DNA from: the human T2T-CHM13v2.0 reference genome, Homo sapiens
Assembly: GCF_009914755.1 (NCBI RefSeq)
Contig: NC_060925.1
Strand: one strand, 5' to 3'
DNA length: 64,000 bases
A model generated the notes under the pieces. It saw nothing but the letters and a program-made list of their open reading frames with translations. It did not search any database and was not told the DNA's origin. Made by a program: the position numbers and the translations under genes. This document shows positions 19,205 through 34,769 of this stretch, one piece after another. Position 1 is the first letter of the stretch. Each line of letters begins with the position of its first letter.

Positions 19205-19350
19205 GGGCAGTGGGATGCAGCAGATCAGAAGTTAGAATGCCCAGGCATGAGTTCCATCTCAGCTACGAACTAGCTTTGTAACTTTGGGTAAGTCCCTTAA
19301 CCAGGACCTCAGCTTCCTCATTTATCAAATGAAAAACAAGATAAATTTTA
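19205..19350 (+). mobile_element. MIR relic
   Basis: tagctttgtaactttgggtaagtcccttaacc...ctcagcttcctcatttatcaaatg. Confidence 0.7.
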
Positions 19351-19559
19351 AGAACACTTCTGGTTTAAAAAATATGATTCTTAAATCTCAGCTTTAAGTA
19401 TTTTACATAGCGCTATTGTTCCAAATATAAAAATCTGCACAATAATTTCTAAAATGGACTTTAAATAAGATAAACTGCTTATCCAAGATAAAACAGAACA
19501 TATAAGAGGAAAAGGAGTAATAGCTACTCATTTAAAGAAGTCATTAAGAATGAGTTTTT

Positions 19560-19887
<328 letters not shown>

Positions 19888-20438
19888 TTAAAATATAAGT
19901 GGAGGCTGTAAGATTAAAAAGCAGTGTATGCATTTGATGGGCTTAAAGCAATTTTCACAGAATGGCAAATACAATCTTTCATTATCTACATGGGACCTTC
20001 TGGGTAGGGGGATAAAAACCCTATTTACTTGGTTGTATGAGATCCTGAAACTTCTGCATGGTACTTTACACTGCTCTAATTAGAGAAAGAACAAATTTAA
20101 GGGAATAATTTCTTTTATTAAGAAGCTGCCACACTGGGAAAACTAATACTTTCTATTATAAAAATATTCAGGATAGCTTGTAACTCCATACACTGAAGTT
20201 CTTCTTAAACATTAAAATTTTCTTAAAAGTTAAAATTCACTCACCAGTACAAATAGATAGCACTGTTTTTAATTCTTATTTCTGTTTCTAGAAGTAGACT
20301 ATTGTTATCAATGAAGTTTTACAGTAAGAATGTTAATTCTCTTCTTGAGTACCACTCTGTAAACTAGGTAACATACTTGGAACTTTGTGTTACCTAAAAG
20401 GAAATAAAGACTGGTAGAAATAGAAATAAGAATAAGCA

Positions 20439-20753
<315 letters not shown>

Positions 20754-20921
20754 TTAAATAAACCAAAAAACAGTATCATTCAGTATGAAATAAAGAAAAA
20801 AAATAGCTGCCAACAACTACAGAACCAGATGACTAAGTTCTTTTCTACCTTTAGTATTTTAGTTTTAATCCCTAGATGAAGAGCAATGCTGAATGAGCCT
20901 TAAAAAGATCTTATTAACCAC

Positions 20922-21224
<303 letters not shown>

Positions 21225-21284
21225 TTTAAATAGAAAAATACAAGCATAAGGAAAAAAAAATCCAAAGAAATATAAGAGGACATA

Positions 21285-21479
21285 TAGTAAGTTCTCACTT
21301 AAAGTTTTCCATAGGTTCTTGGAAACTGTCATTTTAAGTAAGATGACATATAAAGAAACCAAACTTTTCCCCTCATCATCATAAACAAAACGACATTATT
21401 CATGGACATGTTATATGTCTTTCACTCTGAAGTCTCAGTTTCCAAGAACCTACTGACAATGTTAAGTGAGGACTTAATG
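21285..21479. mobile_element. Tigger-family MITE (MER82-like)
   Basis: Long imperfect TIRs (agtaagttctcacttaa...taggttcttggaaactg / cagtttccaagaaccta...ttaagtgaggactta) flanked by TA. Confidence 0.75.
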
Positions 21480-21683
21480 TATTGTCATCTGATTGTTAAA
21501 GTTCCTTATTTCAAAAATTCCAGTTTAGTAACAAAATGAGTACATGTATTAAAAACTACATTAAGAATATCTAGGACATTAAAAATACTTTTTGATGTAT
21601 ATTTAAATCCATAGCTCAGGTTTATATAAACAGATATCAGAATTTAAAAACTTAAGGAATATTCACATAATTTTTTTCTTACC

Positions 21684-21845
21684 CTTTTATTTTTTTTTTA
21701 GAGTTAGGGTCTCACTGTCACCTAGGCTGGAGTGCAGTGGCATGATCTTAGCTCACTGCAACCTCAAACTCCTGGGTTCAGAGCAAGCCTCCTGCCTCAG
21801 TCTCCCAAGTAACCAGAACTACAAGGCCCACACTACCATTCCTGT
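21684..21845 (-). mobile_element. Alu right monomer (FRAM/AluJ)
   Basis: T tail plus a single right arm. Confidence 0.8.
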
Positions 21846-22148
21846 CTATATAAACATTTTCTAAGTCAAACTTCAGTAAAGGCTTTATTTAGATTTCTTT
21901 TTATTTACTCAAATTCCTAATCACCTACTTAAAAAAAGCTTCCTGTGACACATAATTTAACTTAGAAAAATTGCCTTCCCAACAAAAAAGAGAGGATGAC
22001 AGAAGACCTTCTGGGTAGTAGAAACCAATACAATGATTATTCCTACAAAGTAAGTTGGTTTTATCTACCTGAGTTTTATTTTGTTTATAGCATACCAAAA
22101 TAGTTCTTTTTTTTTTCCAGCTTTATCTTGAAATAGCTTACATTTCTC

Positions 22149-22470
22149 TTTTTTCTTTTTCTTTTTTTGTTTTTTTGAGACGGAGTCTCTGTGGCCCAGG
22201 CTGGAGTGCAGTGGTGAGATCTTGGCTCACTGCAACCTCCGCCTCCCAGGTTTAAGCCATTCTCGTGCTTCAGCTTCCTGAGTAGCTGGGGTTACAGGCA
22301 CGCACCACCATGTCCTGCTAATTTTTGTATTATTTATTTATTTATTTTTAGTAGAGACGGGGTTTAGCCATGTTGGCCAGGCTAGTCTCAAACTCCTGAC
22401 CTTAGATGATCTGCCTGCCGCAGCCTCTCAGAGTGCTGGGATAACAGGCATGAGCCACCATGACGGGCTG
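22149..22470 (-). mobile_element. AluS
   Basis: Reverse dimer with a (TTTA)n linker. Confidence 0.9.
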
Positions 22471-22551
22471 TTTCTCTAATTTCTTCAGGAAGGGTGTTTC
22501 AGTCAGTAGTATTTAGAGATAGAACATTTCTCCTTTCAAGTTCTTTCTTAA

Positions 22552-22925
<374 letters not shown>

Positions 22926-23597
22926 TAATAAGTTTATTCTTCAAAAGGATCAGGGAAGTTTAAAATCTGATTTAAATAACTACGCTGAAATGATCCCTTC
23001 CTCCTTCTGGGACTCCTGTGTCTTCATACTCTCCAGTTTCCCGCCTATCTCCCTGGTGGTTTTGGTCCTCTCCTGGCTCTCTTGACCCTAAAGGTTGGGA
23101 GAACTTCAGAACTTGCTCCTGGACACCCTTCTCTTTATATATGAACGCCATTCACATGCCAGTGATGGCTACAATTATTTTTAGCCCTGACCTCTCTTCA
23201 GAATTTCAGACTCACATATCCACTGCCTATCTGATATCTTCATTTGCAGTAAGGAATCTCAACCTTACTACAAATCTTAGCATAAAAATAGAGCTCTTGT
23301 TTACCTTTCTCTATGCTGGTCAATGGCACCAACCAATCATTCACTCAATTACTCAAGCCAAAACTCTCTGGAGCCAATGAATGTTTTTTGTTATGAGATA
23401 AACATACTTCTAACACAGCCGCATTACATTTCCACTTCTTCCATCCTTCTAAGCCATGTTTGATCTTATCTGGACCATTGTAACAGACTCCTGATGAATT
23501 TCCCTGTTCTCACTCTTTCTCTTCTACAATCAGTTCACTGTACAGCAGGCAGAGCAAATGAAATTATAAAATTTTCTGTATGAAACCATCCAAAGAA

Positions 23598-23729
23598 GGC
23601 AGGCATGGTGGTGCAGCCCTGTAGTCCCAGCTACTCAGGAAGTTAAGGTGGAAGGATCACTTGAGCCCAGGAGTCAGAGGCCAGCCTGAGCAACATAGTG
23701 AGACCCCCATCTCTAAAAAAAAAAAAAAA
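23598..23729 (+). mobile_element. Alu monomer (FLAM_A-like)
   Basis: Single arm with an A tail followed by (CAAAA)-rich sequence. Confidence 0.85.
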
Positions 23730-23845
23730 GGGCAAAACAAAACAAAACAAAAAAACCCAAACAACACCAACCAAAAAAACCCCTAACAACAACAACAAAC
23801 ATCCAAAGGCTTTCCACTATACACCGTGGTTTACAAAGCACTATA

Positions 23846-24183
23846 CAGTTGTCCCTCAGTATCTGTGGGAGAATGGGTCCAGGATGTCCCAAGGATACTA
23901 AAACCCATGGATGCACAAGTCCCTTATATCAAATGGCATATTTGCATATAACCTATGCCTGACTTCCTGTATACTTCAAATCATCTCTAGATAACTTATA
24001 ATACCTAATACAATGTTAATGCAATATAAACTGTTATACTGTATTGTTTAGGGAATAATGATAAGGAATAAAATTTGTAGATGTTCAGTACAGATACAGA
24101 TGCAATAGTCTTTAAAAAATATTTTTGATCCACGATTGGTTGAATCCACTGATGCAAAATCCATGGATACAGAGGACCAATTG
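23846..24183. mobile_element. MER2 (Tigger MITE)
   Basis: ta-cagttgtccctcagtatc...ggatacagaggaccaattg termini, about 340 bp. Confidence 0.85.
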
Positions 24184-24296
24184 CAATCTGACCTCACTTG
24201 CCTCTCTAATTTTATCTTATACCATTTTTCCTACCCTTCACTATACTCCAGCCACACTAGCATTGTTTCTCAAAATAACCATTTCATTTTCTTCTA

Positions 24297-24770
<474 letters not shown>

Positions 24771-24804
24771 CTACTACATGCCATCATTGTTCTATATACT
24801 GGGG

Positions 24805-25425
24805 GAAAAGTACTCAATCTCATTAATAATCAGGGAAATGCACATTAAAACCATAATGAGAAATCTCTTCATAGTCACAGAATGGCTAAAATAAGAAAGA
24901 CTGACAATTCCACATGTTGATGAGGATGTAGAACAGTAAGAACTTTCTTCACTGCTTATAGACAGTATAAACTGGCATAAATCACTTAAAGCAATGTTCT
25001 TAACAGACCAACTGGAAATAATCCAAATGTTCACCAACACAGTAGATGAATAAATCATGGTATATTTATGCAAAGGAAAATTACACAGTGATGAAAATGA
25101 ACAACCTACAGCTACATTTTAAAATGACAAAGTAAAATCTCACAAACAATGTTGAGCAAAACAAGCAAGACACAAAAGAAAACATACTGCAAGAATCCAT
25201 TTATATAAAGTTCAAAAAGTTAAACTACTGTATTAGAAGTCTGAGATCATGGTTACCTTTGAGTAGAAGGGAGAGAGTACGGGTTGAAAGAGTATGAACA
25301 GGGCTCTTGGGTCTATTTCTTGGACCTAGGTAGTACCTACATGAGTGTGATCATTTTGTGATAATTTATTGAGCTGTAAACTTTTGACTTGGACACGTCT
25401 CTGTATGCTATGCTGCTATACAAAA
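24805..25425 (+). mobile_element. Old L1 (L1ME-like) 3' fragment
   Basis: ataatcagggaaatgcacattaaaacc...aatctcacaaacaatgttgagc...ccatttatataaagttcaaa. Confidence 0.7.
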
Positions 25426-25426
25426 C

Positions 25427-25742
25427 TTTTTTTTCTTTTTTTTTTGAGACAGGGTCTTGCTTTGACACCCAGGCTGGAGTGCAGTGGTGATCACGTTTCA
25501 GTGATCACGGTTCACTGCAGCCTTGACCTCCTGGGTTCAAGTGATCCTCCTGCCTCGGCCACTGGAGTGGCTGGGGCCACAGGTGCATGCCACCAGGCCT
25601 GGCATTTATTATTATTATTTTTAATAGAGATGGGGTCTCCCTATATTGCTCGGGCTGGTCTCGAACTCCTGGGCTAAAGTGACCCTCCAACCTCGGTCTC
25701 CCAAAGTGCTGGGATTACAGGCATGAGCCATTGCACCCAGCC
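25427..25742 (-). mobile_element. AluJ
   Basis: Reverse dimer with a small internal duplication of gtgatcacg; TSD tacaaaa. Confidence 0.88.
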
Positions 25743-26429
25743 TACAAAAGCTTTTTTTTTTTTTTTAAAGCTTCTGTTCTTTATCTAACTTTCATGATTA
25801 TGAAGCCATTCAAATGTTAAGGATAATAACCAGGGAACTCACTAGGTCTCCTTTGTGAGGAAGCAGTGGAGAACTTGTTATTTAATCTTAGTATCAGGAA
25901 TAGATGTGGCTCTTCTAGCTAATTGGTCTGTTTTCATCACATAGACACTCTGAAATGTTTAAGTGACCAGGTTTTCTTTTGCGTTGGCTGCTAAAAGCCT
26001 TAGAGCCAAATCTGAGGCCCACTTACAGGAAAGAGATATTTTTATGGTAAGCATTTTTATAATGGTCTTATTCATGCTTCCATATTATATTTCTACAGTT
26101 TTTTTCTTTCCTTTTTCTCCCAAAATTGTAGTTTATTATTTTGTAGCAGTTGCAAATTTCCTTAATTCTATCTGCAACAAGGAAGGGTATTAATAAATAA
26201 AAATGCTTTAAAGGTTTTTTTTCCTTTCTTTTCAAAAAGATGCAGTTTGTTTTCCACTCTTTAAATCTGCACAATCTAGCTTTTAATTTTAACAGTAGAA
26301 AATTCTACTCTGTTGATTAATTTTCTTTTCATGTTTGTATAAGGTAAGACTGCTTTCTTAGGCCACACGTAAAAAACTGACATTAAAGTTAAACTTCATG
26401 TGAGTTATTTTCTGGCAGTCCTGATGAGA

Positions 26430-26480
<51 letters not shown>

Positions 26481-26487
26481 ATCTATC

Positions 26488-26544
<57 letters not shown>
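26430..26544. repeat. (CTAT)n / (ATAG)n tetranucleotide STR
   Basis: About 115 bp in two pure blocks with a short interruption near 26480-26488; it occupies the tail position of the adjacent Alu. Confidence 0.95.
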
Positions 26545-26814
26545 AGAGTCTCACTCTGCTGCCTGGAGTGCAGTGGCATGATCTCAGCTCACTGCAACCT
26601 CCGCCTCACAGGTTCAAGCGATTCTCCTGCCCCAGCCTCCCCAGTAGCTAGGTTACAGGCACACACCACCATGCCTGGCTAATTTTTGTATTTTTAGTAG
26701 AGATAGGGGTTTCACCATGTTGGATGGGCTGGTCTCAAACTCCTGACCTCAAGTGATCTGCCTGCTTCAGCCTCCCAAAGTGCTGGGATTATAGGCGTGC
26801 GCCCACACCTGGTC
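26545..26814 (-). mobile_element. AluS
   Basis: Reverse dimer whose A tail is replaced by the STR. Confidence 0.9.
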
Positions 26815-27127
26815 AGAATATCATTATTTTTAGTCAAAGCATATGACAGGGAAAGTTAATGTTTGTTGACTGACTTTTACATTAGTTTTAGAAATAAAGT
26901 CAATCTATACGTAACTTTCTTGTTTCAGCAACATTAAAGCTTCCTTATAATGAGACATCAAAATTTTAAATGGGAGGTTGCTTTATTTTAATCACAATTT
27001 CCTCTGAGAACACCTTTTGAACATAAATAATTCCTGGGGTTCTCAAAAGAATAAAGATTTCTACAACACACTTAATTGTAACTTGTTCTTTCACACTATG
27101 GCTATCGATTTAAAAATATTATAATAG

Positions 27128-27418
<291 letters not shown>

Positions 27419-28516
27419 TTATAATAAATACACACAAATAGGTAAAGATTATATGTAAGATCCTGAATCCCTCATATGTTATCATGGCTGAAAATTGATA
27501 TTTACAGGAATGATTCCCCAAATTTCAAAACAAATTAAACTGAGCCACATCTAAGATTTACTGTTTTTATGTTTTGTTTCTTCTTCATTTAGAATTAACT
27601 CTTAGACTGACTACCTCCAGGAGGTATTACCCAAAACATACAGACTTTAACTGAAGGGTGTAATACCAGGAAAGGGTAACGTCTAAACTTTTTCCTGTGA
27701 GGTTTAAATTCATCTAGTGGTCAAAATTTCTCTTTCTTCTTCTTTTTAAACAAATAAAGGTTATACTACCCTCTCAAATCTCATCACTGTGAATAAACAT
27801 TATTTTATAAATAATTCAAAACAAGAAAGATGGTATTCCATTAGTGTTTAGCCAAATATTATCATTAAAACAGAAAATAATAAAGGATAAGAAAATTGAC
27901 CTCGAGCCACATTAACATATCTCTCTAATCAAAACATACTAAATACTTTAAATTACTCAGTATAGTACTTGGTAAAACTGAAAATTTTGTGAGTTGAATC
28001 TCACAGATTCAAGGTAGTACCAGTTTAAAAAGCATTCAGATACTAAGAAATCTGTTAACTGATATTAGGCAAGTATCCTTTTTTGCAATCTCAGTAATAC
28101 CATCATGAGGGGTAAAAGAAGACAAGAGTAAAAAGACTTCCTTCTGCATGCAACGGTAAATACCACAAATCTATTCTATAGGTATAAGCAAAATTTTAGT
28201 TTAGTTAAAGTAACTTTGACATCTATGCAAACTATCAAGAGTTTTTACACCACAATAAAAAAATAAAATATTTGCCATGAAAATATTAATTTATCATTCT
28301 AGGTCATGCTAATGAGGTTAAGGGAAATAAATCCCCAATATTAGAACAGAAGATCCTTGCTAAAAAGACAATTTTCAAAAATGTTATTAATTATAACCAA
28401 TAATTCACAGAAGATATTCAGCATGAAAGTGTCAGTCTTATAACCAGTAATAAAGTGTTGTTACAATACAGAGGAAGGAAGAAAGCAATATGTGAAGATC
28501 AAAATTTATCACTTAC

Positions 28517-28612
28517 CTCATGATTCAGCTCTGCTATCTGATCTTTCAGTTCCCCAATATACTGGTTAGAATCAGACTTGTTAAGCTGTCCTTGAAGCTT
28601 TCCTTCTTCTTT
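28517..28612 (-). CDS. EVI5: EVI5 internal (probably penultimate) coding exon, 96 nt, KEEGKLQGQLNKSDSNQYIGELKDQIAELNHE
   Basis: Minus strand reads ctcttgtttttgctttgttgttttgtcacaaaacag|AAAGAAGAAGGA...AATCATGAG|gtaagt. It has 32 open codons, phase 0/0, and a heptad coiled-coil pattern matching recalled EVI5 (...ELEIQ|KEEGK...LNHE|LRCLKG). It is absent from the ORF track because it has no start codon. Confidence 0.92.
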
Positions 28613-28782
28613 CTGTTTTGTGACAAAACAACAAAGCAAAAACAAGAGGCAATTTTTCACAGCATGTACTCAAATAGTTCAAGGTATAGGAAAAGCATAG
28701 GCACATACCCTTTAATCACCTGAATTCTGAACAAATCCATTCTCAAACTACCTCTGACAAACAATTCATAGTGAACTATGCT

Positions 28783-29074
<292 letters not shown>

Positions 29075-29538
29075 TAATAAATATAATTTATAAAATATAT
29101 CTTTTGAAAGAGTCTCAGAAATCAGTAATTGAATGGATCTACTGATGAAAAAATTACCCTAGAATTTCAAAGTAATTTATCTAGTTATTTTGAGGGCAGA
29201 TGATTTTCTATTCATACCGTAAGGGATTCAATACTTAGTCAAGAAGATGGCAAGCTTCCCATATTCTTTCATTCTTGGGAATCTGCTTTTGCTTGGGGAA
29301 CAGAAAAGGGGGGAAAAAAAAGAAAAAGTTGTCCAAATCACTCTAAAAAGGGGAGGACAACTTTGAGTCTCCTCTGGTTAATTAGCTCTCGATGTGGACT
29401 GGAAGTCCCAGATACAGCTGATTAAAAGCTGCTTCTGATCCTAAGAGTTTGTTTCAGGTGAGCACTGGGACTATTTTCTAGGGATATAGATTGGTGAAGA
29501 GAGGCACTTTTTCTTATACCACCTGAAAACGAACATAA

Positions 29539-29852
<314 letters not shown>

Positions 29853-30560
29853 TAGATAAAGAACTTATTAAACAGTGAAACTAGAATTGTTTTTGATGTC
29901 TCCAGATTATTTATAATTAGGAAGCCATGTGTTGATGCTTAAAATGTTAAGCAGCTCTGATCCGGAGCCATCTACTGAAACTACTGAGTAACTCCTGATA
30001 CCAAAAGAGTATGGGCTTACTTTTAACAGTTGCCAATCACCCAGTTTCCTTCCATGGAGACAACAATTGTTAACAGTTTTTTGGTGTAGTCTTTCCACGA
30101 TATTTTACACATATATAATCAAACACACATGAATACATGCACACGTTTATCCATACTACAGACACTATGTATGCTACTCTGTACTTTGCTATTATCTCTC
30201 AATAATACAACTTGAAGATCATTCAATATCAGTACATATGGAGCAGAAAGATACACATTCTAACTTTAGAGAGCTTTGAAATTCCTGTAAAAGTTACCTT
30301 AGTAATATCCAAGTATTTACAGGTTTTTTTAAAAGCAGGTTTAAAACGTGTCTTACAATTACCTTGAGAGAAATGGGTTGCTGTGAAAAGCATTTGTCAA
30401 TGTGGAGATTCCTCCCATATTTAAAATCACAGTCAGAAGGGACCTTGAACATCCTCTGACTTAGTCCTCTGACTGGTCAACTCTACCCTCCAACTTCATC
30501 CTACATACTGTATACTAACATCATTGGCAGGAAGTACCAAATAGAACTGTTCTAGCAACA

Positions 30561-30893
<333 letters not shown>

Positions 30894-31175
30894 TCAAGCA
30901 TCTTTCCAACAACACTGCTGTTCTGTGTTAACTGTCCTCCCTACCCAAATTGCATCTCTAACTACCCTTAGTTTGTTCTTCAACTCCTTTCATCGACTTA
31001 TTCCTAAAAACTCCCTGTTTTTTGTTTGTTTTGCTTTGTTCTCTTTCTTTTGACAATCTGTCTTAAAAACCTTTTACTAGAATATGGCCTGCTGAAGTGG
31101 TTTAGTGTAATTAATATTTGCATAGATATAAAAGCCCAACTACAGCTTCTATAGACTTAAAAATTTTTTCTTATG

Positions 31176-32627
<1,452 letters not shown>

Positions 32628-32976
32628 CATATTTACACATACTAATATCAGATACAGTTATCTAAGCCAAAACTGTCTTATTTAACAATTACTATATTCC
32701 AAATATGCTAGGCTTCTAAAATATATACAAAATACACCTTATGCTTTTTAGCCACAAGCCCATATTTAGGAAAAATATATATTATTCTTTTGAAAATTTG
32801 GTTAGAAATATTAGTTTGACCCAACTGCCAGAGAAAAGGCTGAACTAACAGAATAACTAACAGAGATACTAAGTCAGAGTCCTAATCAAATAATCTCTGA
32901 GGCCTTCCCTGTTTTCTCATTTACATGGAACAATAAAGTCTCTTTATTATTTAAACCAGTTTAAAAATAAATTTCT

Positions 32977-33294
32977 GGCTGGGCGTGGTGGCTTATGACT
33001 GTATTCCTAGCACTTTCAGAGGCCAAGGTGGAAGACTGCTTGAGCCCACGAGTTCAAAACCAGCCTGGGCAACATGGCAAGACCCTGTCTCTACAAAAAC
33101 ATTAAAAAAAATTAGCTGGGCATGGTGATGGGCACCTGTGGTCCCAGCTACCAGGGAGGGTAAGGCGGGCGGATTGCTTGAGTCTGTGAGGTTGAAGCTG
33201 CAGTGAGTTGTGTTCATGTCGCTACACTCCAGCCTGGGAGACAGCAAAAACCTATCTAAAAAAAAAAAAAAAGGAAAAAAGAAAAAGAAAAAAA
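32977..33294 (+). mobile_element. AluJ (inserted in an MLT1-like LTR end)
   Basis: Diverged dimer; flanks caataaagtc...ttaaaccagttt and ccacttgcaacc resemble an MLT1 3' end. Confidence 0.85.
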
Positions 33295-33491
33295 TACAGA
33301 TTTTTGCCACTTGCAACCAAAATAATAATAGCTATTATATATTGAACAGTTACAACACTTATGAGCCCTTCTCATTTGAGATTCCCAAAGGATTAAGCCC
33401 TAACGTCTAAAGCATCATTGTATGTGTATGATTTCATGCCTGTGCATCTAGAGTACTACCAGGTACCATCCTTGGAAGAACTGAGAAAATA

Positions 33492-33913
33492 CAGTTGACC
33501 CATAACATGGCTTTGAACTGTGCAGGTCCACAAATATGTGGACTTTCATCTGCCTCTGCCACCCTGAGACAGCAAGACAACCCCTTCTCTTCCTCCTCCT
33601 CCTCAGCCTAATCAATGTGAAGATAAGAATGAAGACTGTCGCCATGATCCACTTCCATTTAATGAATAATATATTTTCTCTTCCTTATGATTTTCTTAAT
33701 AACATTTTCTTTTTTCTAGCTTATTTTAAGAATACAGTCTATGATGCATGTAACATACGAAATGTGTTCATCAACTGTTTATGTTATCAATAAGGCTTCT
33801 AGTCAAAAGTAAGCTCTTAGTAGTTAAGTTTTGGGGGAGTCAAAAGTTATACATAGATTTTCCACTGTGCAGGGATCAGCACCCTTAATCCCTGTGTTGT
33901 TCAGGAGTCAATG
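33492..33913. mobile_element. Tigger2a/MER28-like MITE
   Basis: ta-cagttgaccc...gtgttgttcaggagtcaatg-ta; internal ctgcctctgccaccctgagacagcaagac. Confidence 0.85.
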
Positions 33914-33974
33914 TAGTTTACTCAAACCATTTTCTGTAGAGTTTAATTCTCTTGTGGAGCTCTGGTGGAGAAAT

Positions 33975-34130
33975 ACTGGCACTTATAATGTGCCAGGAGT
34001 TTTCTAAGCTGCTTATGTGTAATCATCACAATGATCCTGTGTGACAGGTAATATTATTATTCCTACTTCATAGATGAGGAAACGTAAATGAAAGATTGAG
34101 TGAACTGGTTGCCTAAGAGTCATACAGATG
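33975..34130 (-). mobile_element. MIR relic
   Basis: aatcatcacaatgatcctgtg...tattattattcc...atagatgaggaaac. Confidence 0.7.
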
Positions 34131-34457
34131 GTCAATACATTTTTCACCTTAATTTATAGCATTCTGAACATGAGAAACAATTAAGCAGATAGAGATTTAT
34201 GCAAAGAATCAAGCAAATTTTCTTTCTTGGATTTGTTACAAAAGTCTATGTATTTACTTTAATATTTATTTTAGCCTCTGATAATTTAAATGGGAACTAC
34301 AATATATAAAGAATTGAAGATGAAATGCTACAGCTACTTGCATTAATGGCACTAAGCTAATGACTCATATTAAACACACAAGCTGTCCAATACCATTTAC
34401 ATGCGCTTATGTCTGCCTCTTGTTTTTAATCACCCATTTTTAAAATGAAATATTTTG

Positions 34458-34769
<312 letters not shown>

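Noticed and set aside
26430-26544. CRISPR-like or coding repeat
   Set aside because: Simple tetranucleotide STR with no spacers, in eukaryotic DNA.
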